Assembly (NCBI GenBank): GCA_046050355.1 | Contig: JBJOPW010000002.1 | Coordinates: 32,001 to 96,000, forward strand | DNA length: 64,000 nt | Direction: 5' to 3' | Origin: Candidatus Parcubacteria bacterium | Lineage (GTDB): Bacteria; Patescibacteriota; Minisyncoccia; Phycocordibacterales; UBA918 | Shown: positions 49,049 through 59,520 of the stretch, one piece after another | Numbering within the stretch: position 1 is the first letter of the stretch | How the letters are laid out: every line of letters starts with the position of its first letter | The notes under the pieces: generated by a model | Told to the model about the DNA's origin: nothing | Databases searched by the model: none | The model's input: the letters and a program-made list of their open reading frames with translations, nothing else | Made by a program: the position numbers and the translations under genes

Positions 49049-50728
49049 ATGGAAGTTGTTATCCGTGCCGCCATCACTGATGTACTCAAGGAACTTGGTC
49101 TCCCCGAGGTGGCATTTACCATTGAGCACCCAAAGATGCTTGATCATGGCGACTACGCGTGTAACGTGGCGATGGTTTTGGGTAAGCAGGTGGGCCAATC
49201 ACCGCGCGCTGTGGCGGAGCAAATCCTCGCGAAGCTTCAGGGTCAGATTGAATACGTCGAGCGTATCGAGATTGCTGGTCTGGGTTTTTTGAACTTCTAC
49301 CTCAGTCGCGATTTCTTTTCCGCTGAAGCGGCCCGAGTACTCGAAGAGGGAGCCGGTTGGGGTGAACATGACACCGAGGTAGACGAGGTAGTGCTGTTTG
49401 AGTACACCAGTCCAAACCTGTTTAAGCCACTCCATATTGGTAACCTGGTAGGGAATATTATTGGCGAATCATTTACCCGACTATTTGAAATGGCCGGGGC
49501 TGATGTGCGTCGCCTGAACTATCCGTCTGATATTGGTCTCACGGTGGCGAAGGGAGTCTGGGGTCTTAAGACTACTGGCAGTGACCCAAGCGATATCACA
49601 GCCCTGGGGAATGCCTATCGAGTTGGGAATGATGCGTACGAGAATGACGAGACTGCCAAAGCCGAAATCGAAAGCATCAACCGTGCCCTCTATGCCCGCA
49701 CGGACGAATCCCTCAATGCGCTGCGCGATGCCGGTATCGCGACTTCGCGCCGCAGTCTCACCGCGCTGTGCGAACTTCTTGGAACACATTTTGATACCGA
49801 GATAACGGAAAGCCAAGCGAGTGCTCCTGGTACAGAAATAGTGAAAGCCAATATCGGCACAGTCTTTACTGAGAGCGAGGGCGCGGTAGTGTATCAGGGA
49901 GAGAAAGCGGGTCTCCATACCCGTGTCTTTCTCAACTCACAAGGTCTCCCGACGTATGAAGCGAAGGATGTTGGACACTTTACCCTCAAGCAGCAGGCCC
50001 ACCCTGACTGGACGGAGTCTATCATTGTGACCGGCAACGAACAGACCGAATATTTCAAAGTCCTCTATGCGGCACTGCGCGAACTGTTTCCCGAGATTGC
50101 CGACAAAAATCTCGAACATATCCCAACCGGCTTTTTGACCCTCACGACGGGCAAGATGTCTTCACGTAAGGGTAATGTCCTCACCGGCGAATCGCTCTTT
50201 GCCGAAGTGGCTGAGGCGGCACGCGAACGAGCGCAGGAGAGTCGAGCCGATGATATCGAGAAGCTTGCGAATCAAATTGCGGTAGCGGCCATCAAATACC
50301 AGATACTAAAATACAGTGTTGGTTCAAATATCGTCTTTGATAAAGAAAAGGCCCTTTCATTTGAAGGAGACTCCGGTCCGTACCTACAGTATACGTACGC
50401 GCGCTGTCTCTCAGTGCTCGAAAAAGCGCGCGGGGTAGAGATCGAGCCACAGCTCGCACCGGCACCCGAGACACCATACGTCCTTGAACGTATCTTGTAC
50501 CGGTTCCCGGAGGTGACCGAAGCGGCGCTCCGTGACCGTGCTCCACATACTGTCGTCACCTATCTCACTGAACTAGCTGGCGAGTTCAACTCGTTTTATG
50601 CGCATGAGATAATAGCGGACGCCAGCGATACCTACGCTCCGTACAAGGCGTTGCTGACGTCCGCTGTCGCAACGACACTGAAGAATGGTCTTTGGGTCCT
50701 CGGTATCGAAGCGCCTGAACGACTCTAG
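49049..50728 (+). CDS. argS: Arginyl-tRNA synthetase
   Basis: HGDYACN, SPNLFKPLHIGN, KMSSRKG, GPYLQYTYAR. Confidence 0.96.
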   Translation: MEVVIRAAITDVLKELGLPEVAFTIEHPKMLDHGDYACNVAMVLGKQVGQSPRAVAEQILAKLQGQIEYVERIEIAGLGFLNFYLSRDFFSAEAARVLEEGAGWGEHDTEVDEVVLFEYTSPNLFKPLHIGNLVGNIIGESFTRLFEMAGADVRRLNYPSDIGLTVAKGVWGLKTTGSDPSDITALGNAYRVGNDAYENDETAKAEIESINRALYARTDESLNALRDAGIATSRRSLTALCELLGTHFDTEITESQASAPGTEIVKANIGTVFTESEGAVVYQGEKAGLHTRVFLNSQGLPTYEAKDVGHFTLKQQAHPDWTESIIVTGNEQTEYFKVLYAALRELFPEIADKNLEHIPTGFLTLTTGKMSSRKGNVLTGESLFAEVAEAARERAQESRADDIEKLANQIAVAAIKYQILKYSVGSNIVFDKEKALSFEGDSGPYLQYTYARCLSVLEKARGVEIEPQLAPAPETPYVLERILYRFPEVTEAALRDRAPHTVVTYLTELAGEFNSFYAHEIIADASDTYAPYKALLTSAVATTLKNGLWVLGIEAPERL

Positions 50729-51307
50729 GTTTGCAAAAATAAATAATACTGATAGGCTCATGGCAGTCAGTTAAAACAGCGGGGTAGGCATGGGCTGGTG
50801 GCAAGAATTGTTCGGGTTTGAGTTCTGGGCCTATCTCGGGTGGCAGTTTTACCTCGAGACGCTCATGTGGCAAATCCCAGAGGATGATCCACCCGATGGT
50901 GGTATCCCAAACGGGGTCGCGTACGCGGCCCCGTTTTAGCGCTTGACGGTAAAGATGGCAGGTGTACGATTATGACTTACCGCTTTGCAAGGAGGCAAAA
51001 GGCGGTAGTTGCGAAGGGAGGGTAAGACTTTGATTACTACAAGCTTGGTTATTGCGGGGCTTATAAGTGTCATCGTGCTGCTGTTGGCTGCGTTTTGGCC
51101 AAGAAAAACAAATATGGCAGAAAGCCATATCGAGCAAGGAACTGGGCGGGGTTAACACCCTGCTCTTTGCTTTATGTGGCCGCTCGCCAAAAGAGAGAAT
51201 CGTGGTACTATGCCAAGTACCGGCCTGATATGTCGGTGAGTTTAGTTTCGGGGTTGGACCCCTAAATCATACTCATTACTAATGTCTGATATACATTTTA
51301 TATTTTT

Positions 51308-54300
51308 ATGTCAAAAATGCATGGTCGTGAAAACGACACCGTAGCGGTTGAAACTGCTACACAAAAGAGTGACGTTGCCCTGCGCGAAGAGACTATCCTT
51401 GCGTTCTGGCAAGAGCACGATATTTTTAATAAAACCCTAGCGACACCGGCGGGGGACGCACCAATTGGTGACTATATCTTTTATGATGGTCCACCGTTTG
51501 CGACCGGGACACCACACTACGGCCATATCTTAGCAAGTACCATCAAGGACGCCGTCCCACGCTTTTGGACGATGCGTGGCTACCATGTTCCCCGCAAGTG
51601 GGGGTGGGACTGTCATGGGTTGCCGCTCGAGAACCTTATCGAAAAGAAGCTCGGACTTGCGACCAAGCGTGACATCGAAGACTATGGGGTCAAGAACTTC
51701 AATGAAGCCGCACGCGGTACCGTCATGGAGTACGCTGACTACTGGAAGATGGCCATTCCGCGTATGGGACGCTGGGCTGACATGGAGAACGACTACAAAA
51801 CCATGGACAGTACCTACACCGAAAGTGTGTGGTGGGTATTCTCTGAACTGTACAAAAAAGGTCTTGCGTTTGAGGGTTTCAAGACCATGCATCTCTGTCC
51901 ACGCTGTGGCACGACCCTGTCTAACTTCGAAGTGAATCAGGGGTACAAAGATATCAAAGACATCGCCGTGACGGTGAAGCTACCACTGCTCGATGACGCC
52001 GGGCAGGTGACTGACACCGCACTCCTCGTGTGGACGACGACACCATGGACCCTCCCAGGGAACTTGGCTGCCGCTATCAATCGCGAGTTTGATTATGTGA
52101 AAGTGAAGGTTCTTCCCAAGGTTGATATAGGGCAGCTAAACGGTGAGTATGTTTCAAAGTCTGAAGAATATGTTGTTTTAGCAAAAGGAATACTAGAAAA
52201 ATGCTATGCAGAAAAAATGTCCATTCAGACTTTCTATGCTTTTGGCGATCATTGGCTTGTGCCAGTTGAAACATTTTCTGGCGACACTCTTATCGGACGC
52301 TCGTACCAACCACCATTTCCGTTTATGGCAGGACAGAGTTTTGACCAGACTAACGCCTGGAAGATTTGGCATGCCGACTACGTCGAACTCGGTGAGGAGG
52401 GAACCGGCGCCGTCCATATCGCGCCTGCCTACGGTGAAGACGACATGCAGCTCGCTAAGGCCAATAATGTCCCAATTGTCCACCATGTCGATGAGAGTGG
52501 TCGGTTCAAAGACTGGGTGACCGGCTTTAACTGCGCCTTAGTAAAGCCAAAAGATGACGATACGTCTGGCGTTGATCACAAAGATACTGATATTGAAATC
52601 TTGAAGTTCCTCCAGGCCGCTGGCAAGATTTTCAAAAAGGAGAATATCACACACAGTTACCCACACTGTTGGCGCTGCGATACACCGCTCCTCAACTACG
52701 CGACTACCTCATGGTTCGTAAATGTACCAAAGATCAAAGACGAACTCGTCGCCGTGAACAACGGTGTCCACTGGGTCCCAGAACATGTTGGTACAAATCG
52801 TTTTGGTAAGTGGCTCGAGGGGGCGCGTGACTGGGCTATCTCTCGCCAGCGTTACTGGGGTGCGCCACTGCCAATTTGGAAGAATCCAACCACTGGTGAA
52901 GTGAAAGTGATAGGCTCGCTTAAAGACCTACAAACGTATGTGCGAAAGAGTGGTAACACCTATACCATCACCCGCCATGCTGAGGCGGAGAGTAATCTCT
53001 CTGGGGTTATTGATGCGATTAAGGATGAAGCCAATCATTTGACTGAAACTGGCAAAGCGCAAGCTAAAGCGACCGCCGAAACATTACGTGTCAAAGGAAT
53101 CACCCGGATTGTGCATTCGGGTATGACCCGAGCTCGTGAGACAGCGGAATTAATTGCCAATGAACTAGGGCTGTCTCAGGCTGTGGTCGTTGCCGATGAA
53201 CGGTTGCAGGAATTTAAAGTAGGGACTGCTTGGGAGGGTAAGACTTGGGCTGAGTTTAACTCTCAGTTCGCAACCGAAGAAGAAAAATTTGAGAAGACTT
53301 TTGCCGGTGGCGAGAGTCGCTTTGATTTGATCAAACGAGTAGGACAGTGGCTTTATGAATATGACGCCTCGAACCAAAACGAGCACACACTTGTGATTGG
53401 GCACGGTAGCTCACTTTTTGCACTACAAACAGTAGCCCGAGGAGCTGATTATGATGAGATGATTACCCTCAAAAAAACTGGGTATCTCAAAAATGCCGAG
53501 GTGCGAGATCTGCCCTTTATCCCTATACCCCACAATGACCTCTACCAGCTCGACTACCATCGACCATACATCGATGAGATTGAGCTCTACGACACCGATG
53601 GTGCGAAGCTTGAGCGCATCAAGGATGTCTTTGATTGTTGGTTCGAGTCGGGTTCGATGCCATATGCCCAGCATCACTACCTGGGTGAGAACCCAGAGGA
53701 GTTTGCCCCGAAGTGTTTCCCAGCCCAGTTTATTGCCGAAGGACTCGATCAGACTCGCGGCTGGTTCTACTCACTCATTGTACTCGGTACTGCACTCTTC
53801 GGCCGTTCGCCGTATGAGCATGTGATTGTAAATGGTCTCGCCTTGGCTGAAGACGGCAAGAAGATGTCAAAGAGTCTCCGCAACTATCCTGATCCGATGG
53901 AGCTTGTTGACCGAGTGGGGGCAGACGCTATTCGTTACTACATGATGTCTGCGCCAATCATTCGGGGTGAAGACCTGAACTTCAGTGAAAAGGAAGTAAC
54001 TGAACAACAGCGCAAAAATATCGGTCGTTTGCACAATGTACTCGCCATGTACGACATGTATGCCGATGGTACTACTGCAAATGCCGCCTCTGCCAACACA
54101 CTCGATCGTTGGATTGTCTCACGCCTCAATCAGCTGATAGCTGAAGTAACTGTAGGGTACGAGAGCTACGAGCTCGATAAGGCCACTCGACCAATCGCCG
54201 ATTTCATTGATGATGTTTCTGTCTGGTATCTACGCCGTTCTCGCGAACGATTGAAGAGTGATGATGTGGCAGATAAAGCACTGGCTCTCGGCACCCTCCG

Positions 54301-54913
54301 CTATATCTTGCGAGAGCTTGCAAAGGTAATGGCACCTGCCATGCCGTTCTATGCTGAGTACCTCTACCGTGCAGTCCGAGAGGAGAGTGAGGCAGAAAGT
54401 GTCCACCTCACCAAGTGGCCAGAATGTGCAATTGTGGACGAAAGTAGTATTGATCTTATGAAGCAAGTACGTGAAGTCGTGACTGCCGCACTTGAAGCGC
54501 GCATTAAGTCTGGTATCAAAGTGCGTCAGCCGATTGCCAGTGTCACTGGTCCAGAGTTGCCAGCCGAGTATCAATCAATTGTGCTTGATGAGCTCAATGC
54601 CAAAGCGTATCAAGTAGGGGAAATCATCTCAATTGACACTACCCTCACCCCTGAACTCATCGCCGAAGGAGCGGTCCGTGAAGTGATGCGCGCCATCCAA
54701 GATATGAGAAAGCAGACCGACCTCACCCCTAATGATATTGTCAGTCTCATTATTGAGACCGATGCGGCCGGGCAAACGGCGCTTGAAACCCCAGCACTCA
54801 AAGCCCTCCTCATGAAGACGGTTAATGCCAAGAGTATTACCTACGCTAGTACATCAGGAACTGAAGTCATTGCTGGCGAGTATCGCTTTGTGGTGAATGT
54901 AGTGAATGAGTAG
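51308..54913 (+). CDS. ileS: Isoleucyl-tRNA synthetase (type 2) with inserted histidine phosphatase domain
   Basis: DGPPFATGTPHYGH, WTTTPWT, DWAISRQRYWG, KMSKS; insert with RHAE motif. Confidence 0.95.
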   Translation: MSKMHGRENDTVAVETATQKSDVALREETILAFWQEHDIFNKTLATPAGDAPIGDYIFYDGPPFATGTPHYGHILASTIKDAVPRFWTMRGYHVPRKWGWDCHGLPLENLIEKKLGLATKRDIEDYGVKNFNEAARGTVMEYADYWKMAIPRMGRWADMENDYKTMDSTYTESVWWVFSELYKKGLAFEGFKTMHLCPRCGTTLSNFEVNQGYKDIKDIAVTVKLPLLDDAGQVTDTALLVWTTTPWTLPGNLAAAINREFDYVKVKVLPKVDIGQLNGEYVSKSEEYVVLAKGILEKCYAEKMSIQTFYAFGDHWLVPVETFSGDTLIGRSYQPPFPFMAGQSFDQTNAWKIWHADYVELGEEGTGAVHIAPAYGEDDMQLAKANNVPIVHHVDESGRFKDWVTGFNCALVKPKDDDTSGVDHKDTDIEILKFLQAAGKIFKKENITHSYPHCWRCDTPLLNYATTSWFVNVPKIKDELVAVNNGVHWVPEHVGTNRFGKWLEGARDWAISRQRYWGAPLPIWKNPTTGEVKVIGSLKDLQTYVRKSGNTYTITRHAEAESNLSGVIDAIKDEANHLTETGKAQAKATAETLRVKGITRIVHSGMTRARETAELIANELGLSQAVVVADERLQEFKVGTAWEGKTWAEFNSQFATEEEKFEKTFAGGESRFDLIKRVGQWLYEYDASNQNEHTLVIGHGSSLFALQTVARGADYDEMITLKKTGYLKNAEVRDLPFIPIPHNDLYQLDYHRPYIDEIELYDTDGAKLERIKDVFDCWFESGSMPYAQHHYLGENPEEFAPKCFPAQFIAEGLDQTRGWFYSLIVLGTALFGRSPYEHVIVNGLALAEDGKKMSKSLRNYPDPMELVDRVGADAIRYYMMSAPIIRGEDLNFSEKEVTEQQRKNIGRLHNVLAMYDMYADGTTANAASANTLDRWIVSRLNQLIAEVTVGYESYELDKATRPIADFIDDVSVWYLRRSRERLKSDDVADKALALGTLRYILRELAKVMAPAMPFYAEYLYRAVREESEAESVHLTKWPECAIVDESSIDLMKQVREVVTAALEARIKSGIKVRQPIASVTGPELPAEYQSIVLDELNAKAYQVGEIISIDTTLTPELIAEGAVREVMRAIQDMRKQTDLTPNDIVSLIIETDAAGQTALETPALKALLMKTVNAKSITYASTSGTEVIAGEYRFVVNVVNE

Positions 54914-55025
54914 ACCGAATACTTCATTTAAATGAAGTATGTAGGGTAAGGAAAAGAAAACCGCCCCAGAATCACTGCGTGATTCTGGGGCGGTTTTGTG
55001 CTGGACGTCAATGGTATAATAGCCA

Positions 55026-55613
55026 ATGATGTCGTACCAGACTTACATTACGGACGCGGTGGTGGTCGGGAGCTATCACTCCAATACCGCGGACAAATCG
55101 TACCTCCTGTTTACCGAGCGCGCCGGCATGCTCTACGCGACTGCTCGCAGTGTCCGCGAAGAGCGAAGCAAACAGCGCTATGCCTTGCAGGACTTTTCGC
55201 ATATCACCGTGACCTTGGTCAAAGGCAAAGCGGGCTGGCGCATTGGTAGTGTTGAATCATACCAAAACTTCTATGCCGATGCGGTCTCACGGTTGGCACG
55301 GGGGAGTGTTGTCCGCCTGACAAAAACCCTCCGTCGCTATGTCCAAGGTGAGGTACCAGACGAAAATCTATACCGTACCTATACCGAAGCACTGGCACTC
55401 CTCTCGACTGAGTGTGAAGCGCGTACTGCCTACGAACGCTGTGCTGAAGTCCGTCTCTTGTCCCATCTTGGGTATGTCGCGAGTGATGCGGTAGTAGCAC
55501 CACTATTTGAGACATCACTTCATGAACTATCGCCGGCGCTGGTCGGGGAACACGAAGCAATATTGGAATTACTCTACCGTGGCGCACAGGCAGTGAGTCA
55601 TTTGGAACGATAG
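55026..55613 (+). CDS. recO: DNA repair protein RecO
   Basis: ADKSYLLFTERAGMLYATARSVREERSK. Confidence 0.85.
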   Translation: MMSYQTYITDAVVVGSYHSNTADKSYLLFTERAGMLYATARSVREERSKQRYALQDFSHITVTLVKGKAGWRIGSVESYQNFYADAVSRLARGSVVRLTKTLRRYVQGEVPDENLYRTYTEALALLSTECEARTAYERCAEVRLLSHLGYVASDAVVAPLFETSLHELSPALVGEHEAILELLYRGAQAVSHLER

Positions 55614-55627
55614 GGGGTGATATACTG

Positions 55628-57574
55628 ATGCATATGTCAGGTATTAAAGATCAAGCAGAGCTTGATGAGATTCGCAAACGTCTCTATGAACGTGGTGGTC
55701 AGCCACGGGCAGCGAGCCGTGTTCACTTGGCTACCGATGAGCAAACGCCGGTGGCTCGAGAATGGCAGGCTCCTGCTGTCCCGCCCAAAGCACCAACCGA
55801 AATGCTTCAACCTCGTGCTGAAGCTAAGCCGTTTGTAGTAAAACGGAAGACGTATCGATCAATTATTATTTTAGCAACACTGGCCATATTTCTATTGGTG
55901 TTAGGGGTGACCGGCCTCTATATGTTCCTCGGTAATAATCAGATTTCAAACGAGAATATCAACGTCACGATTTCTGGTCCGATTACCGTTGGAGGAGGGG
56001 AAACACTACCACTTGAAATTACATTAGAAAATAAAAATACCGTTTCTATTGAAGGTGCTGTCTTGATAGTAAATTTACCCCCCGGTACAAAAACAGCCGG
56101 AGAGAACCCGCAAGATATGCTAGAGGAACGTATATCAGTAGGTTCTGTTGGTGCTGGTGAGGTAATTACTCTGCCACTTAATGCGGTGATATTCGGTGAA
56201 GAGAATCAAGAACGACAAGTCAAAGCGACCATTGAGTATCGCCTCATTGGATCAAACGGGACCTTTTATAAAGAGTCAGAGCCGTTCAATTTCAAAATTA
56301 ACTCTTCGCCGGTTGTGATTAGAGTTAATACGTTAAAAAAAGTCTCCGCGGGACAAGAAATTGAAGTCGAATTGCAGGTACAATCAAACGCATCAGCGCC
56401 TCTTAAGGATATTTTGGTACAAGCTGATTATCCAAACAACTTTGACTTTAGTCGCTCCGAGCCAAATCCAATGTATCGTGAGAGTGCCTGGCTGCTTGAT
56501 GAAATCAAGCCAGAAGAAACAAAAAAGATCAAAATATATGGAGTGATTGTTGGTCAGCAGGCTGAGGAGTTCCAGCTTAAGTTTAGCGCTGGAACCCCAA
56601 AGCCTGAAAATCAATTTGAAGTAGGATCTATCCTCACTGTTGCCAATGCCGATTTTATCATTGAGCAACCTTTTATTAATGTGGGCTTAAGTGTTAATGA
56701 TACCGAGAGTGAAATTGTGACTACCAAAATCGGTTCGCAGACAAATGTAGCGGTGACTGTCCGTAACACACTCACCGATACGCTCTATGATATGGCCGTT
56801 GAGGTAAAGGTGGCTGGTAATGTACTCATACGTGACCGGGTCAATGTACAGCGTGGTTATTATGATTCGGTAAAGGATGTTATTCGTTTTGATCCATCTG
56901 GTGATAGCGACCTTTCAGAGGTTTCGCCTGGTGAGAGTAAAACGTTCACGTTCACCCTTAATCCTGGTGACCAAGTGAACACTCCATCCTTTAATCTAAC
57001 AGCCAATGCGTACGCAAGACGTGTGTCTGAATCGCAAGCAACTGAACAATTAGTTGGTACCGCCAAAACAGAGGTGAAATTCACTTCAGCAGTCCGCATT
57101 AATCGTGAGTTGGGGCGTAATAATAGTTTTGTTGAGAGTGGGCCGTTCCCGCCGGTAGCTGACCAAGCGACCACCTATACCGTTACTCTCATTGCGGGAG
57201 CTGGAGGTAATGATGTGACCGGCGCCACGGTGGCGACAGCGCTCCCACAATATGTGTCGTGGCAAAATCAATCTGCCGGCGATGGCACGGTGTCATTTAA
57301 TCCGGTCTCCAAAGAGATTGTTTGGTCGATTGGCGACATTGAAGCTGGTAAAGACAAACAAATAAAGTTTCAAGTGAGTATTTTGCCAAGCCAGACACAG
57401 ATTGGTAGTGCGCCGGCCATTCTCGCCGCTAGCCGCTTTAGAGCGACAGATCGATTTACTGGCGATGTGGTACGAGCTGATGCTGCGCCACTTTCAACCG
57501 AACTCTCCACCGAAGCCGGCTTTGAAAAAGATAATGGTGTGATTAGACGGAGTGTTGGGGCTTCGCTTGAGTAA
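55628..57574 (+). CDS. Membrane-anchored Ig-like repeat protein
   Basis: Single TM followed by beta-sandwich repeats. Confidence 0.75.
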   Translation: MHMSGIKDQAELDEIRKRLYERGGQPRAASRVHLATDEQTPVAREWQAPAVPPKAPTEMLQPRAEAKPFVVKRKTYRSIIILATLAIFLLVLGVTGLYMFLGNNQISNENINVTISGPITVGGGETLPLEITLENKNTVSIEGAVLIVNLPPGTKTAGENPQDMLEERISVGSVGAGEVITLPLNAVIFGEENQERQVKATIEYRLIGSNGTFYKESEPFNFKINSSPVVIRVNTLKKVSAGQEIEVELQVQSNASAPLKDILVQADYPNNFDFSRSEPNPMYRESAWLLDEIKPEETKKIKIYGVIVGQQAEEFQLKFSAGTPKPENQFEVGSILTVANADFIIEQPFINVGLSVNDTESEIVTTKIGSQTNVAVTVRNTLTDTLYDMAVEVKVAGNVLIRDRVNVQRGYYDSVKDVIRFDPSGDSDLSEVSPGESKTFTFTLNPGDQVNTPSFNLTANAYARRVSESQATEQLVGTAKTEVKFTSAVRINRELGRNNSFVESGPFPPVADQATTYTVTLIAGAGGNDVTGATVATALPQYVSWQNQSAGDGTVSFNPVSKEIVWSIGDIEAGKDKQIKFQVSILPSQTQIGSAPAILAASRFRATDRFTGDVVRADAAPLSTELSTEAGFEKDNGVIRRSVGASLE

Positions 57575-57706
57575 CGTTTTGGCGGACTGACTTTTTTGTG
57601 GTACAACAGTACCTGTAATCTATACATATATGTCAGCCGAAACCACATCGCCAACTACTGTCACTATGGATCCCGTTAGAAGTACTGACAAAGCATAATT
57701 TTGTAT

Positions 57707-59101
57707 ATGGACACAAATACTGTAAACCAAAAAACTTCTAATGGGATGGAGAAAATCACTGCGCTTTGTAAGCGTCGCGGGTTTGTCTTTCAGGGCTCTG
57801 ATATCTACGGCGGACTCAAAGGGGCGTGGGACTTAGGTCCACTCGGGGTCGCGCTCAACAACCGCATCAAGAGTGAATGGTGGAAGATGTTTGTCGAAGG
57901 ACGTGAAGATATGTACGGCCTTGATGCAGCGATTTTGATGAACGCCAAAGTCTGGGAGGTGTCTGGACACGTGGCCGGATTTGTTGATCCACTCGTCGAA
58001 GATACCGAAACCGGTGAGCGTTTTCGTGCGGACCATCTACTCAAGGACAATGGTATTGATGCCGACGGGCTTTCACTCGAAGCGATTGATGCCTTGATTC
58101 TTGAAAAGGGCATCAAAAGTCCAAAGGGTAATCCACTTTCAAAAGCCCGCACCTTCAACATGATGTTCGAGACTCGGATTGGCGCCACTGCTGGTCCGGA
58201 GGGGCAGGTCTACCTCCGTCCCGAAACCGCTCAAGGTATTTTTGTAAACTTCAAAAATGTGATGGACAGTATGTCACCAAAGTTGCCGTTTGGTATTGGG
58301 CAAATCGGTAAGGCCTTTCGTAATGAAATTGCACCACGTGAATTCCTGTTCCGGGTGCGTGAATTTGAACAAATGGAAATCGAGTACTTCGTCCGACCTG
58401 AGGAGTGGGAAGCCAAGTTCGAAGAGTGGCGACAGGCTATCTGGGCGTGGTTTGACCACCTTGGTCTCTCCCGTGCAAATGTGCAGGAGTTTGAAGTGCC
58501 CGAAAACGACCTCGCTCACTACAGTAAGCGGACAATCGATTTTGAGTATAATTTTCCTGGCAAGGGCTTTGATGAGCTCGCTGGTTTTGCCTACCGCACC
58601 GACTTCGATCTCCGCGCGCACATGGCGGGGAGTGGTCAGTCGCTTGAGTATGTCGAAGCCGATGGGACGAAGCTCGTGCCACATGTCCTTGAACCATCGT
58701 TCGGGGTTGGTCGTGCCTTGACTGCGGTCCTCTGCGAAGCCTACCGCGAAGACGAGGTGAATGGGGAAGTCCGTACCTACCTCGCTCTCCCGACACATCT
58801 TGCACCATACCGGGCCTGTGTCTCACCATTGTTAAAGAACAAACCAGAGTTGGTGGACAAAGCACGGGGAGTATTTCAGCTTCTCAAAAAAGAGTTTGGT
58901 AATGTTGCCTGGGATGACAATGGCAACGTCGGCAAGCGCTACCGTCGCCAAGACGAAATTGGTACCCCGTACTGTATTGTCATCGACTTTGATACTCTTG
59001 GCGAAAACCCTGACCTCCTCGACACCGTCACCATCCGCCACCGTGATACTGGGGAGCAGGAGCGGGTAGCGATTGCAGACCTTGTCAGTCGCCTCAAATA
59101 A
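57707..59101 (+). CDS. glyQS: Glycyl-tRNA synthetase (homodimeric type)
   Basis: LCKRRGF, YLRPETAQGIF, FRVREFEQME, RYRRQDEIGTP. Confidence 0.96.
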   Translation: MDTNTVNQKTSNGMEKITALCKRRGFVFQGSDIYGGLKGAWDLGPLGVALNNRIKSEWWKMFVEGREDMYGLDAAILMNAKVWEVSGHVAGFVDPLVEDTETGERFRADHLLKDNGIDADGLSLEAIDALILEKGIKSPKGNPLSKARTFNMMFETRIGATAGPEGQVYLRPETAQGIFVNFKNVMDSMSPKLPFGIGQIGKAFRNEIAPREFLFRVREFEQMEIEYFVRPEEWEAKFEEWRQAIWAWFDHLGLSRANVQEFEVPENDLAHYSKRTIDFEYNFPGKGFDELAGFAYRTDFDLRAHMAGSGQSLEYVEADGTKLVPHVLEPSFGVGRALTAVLCEAYREDEVNGEVRTYLALPTHLAPYRACVSPLLKNKPELVDKARGVFQLLKKEFGNVAWDDNGNVGKRYRRQDEIGTPYCIVIDFDTLGENPDLLDTVTIRHRDTGEQERVAIADLVSRLK

Positions 59102-59290
59102 CTATATTCTGGAGCTACCACAGTCGAAACCGACGATGACTTATGGGCGTGCCTGATGACTGTTCGGGTGCAGATACTGGTATAGTGCGTGAAACGATGT
59201 GCCAGGAGTAGATTGTGGGAGGGGTGATGTTGGTGATGATCCGGTATGTGATCAAGTTTCATCAACATCACCCCTTATGTTTTCTGTAAC

Positions 59291-59455
59291 TCAATGGGTG
59301 AGGCGAAACATCACCCAGATACCAACGAGGGCGCCGACGGCATTGCCGATGATAGAGGCAAACGAGAACAAGCTATCACCCCAGAGCGCTGGGATATAGC
59401 CACCGATAAGACCGCCTACAAACATCCCAAAATAGATAGCTCGTCGTGAATCCAT
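59291..59455 (-). CDS. Small 2-TM membrane protein (54 aa), not in ORF track
   Basis: Manual translation MDSRRAIYFGMFVGGLIGGYIPALWGDSLFSFASIIGNAVGALVGIWVMFRLTH. Confidence 0.7.
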   Translation of the reverse strand: MDSRRAIYFGMFVGGLIGGYIPALWGDSLFSFASIIGNAVGALVGIWVMFRLTH

Positions 59456-59520
59456 GAGATAAGTATACCGTACTGGGGCAGGGTTTGTATTTTGCTATTT
59501 CGTGGTACAGTATTTTGACT

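Noticed and set aside
50750-51158. Pseudogene between argS and ileS
   Set aside because: Minus-strand frame interrupted by TAA, with no recognisable family to support a call.
51180-51305. T-box leader before ileS
   Set aside because: No TGGNACC T-box motif or terminator/antiterminator recognised.
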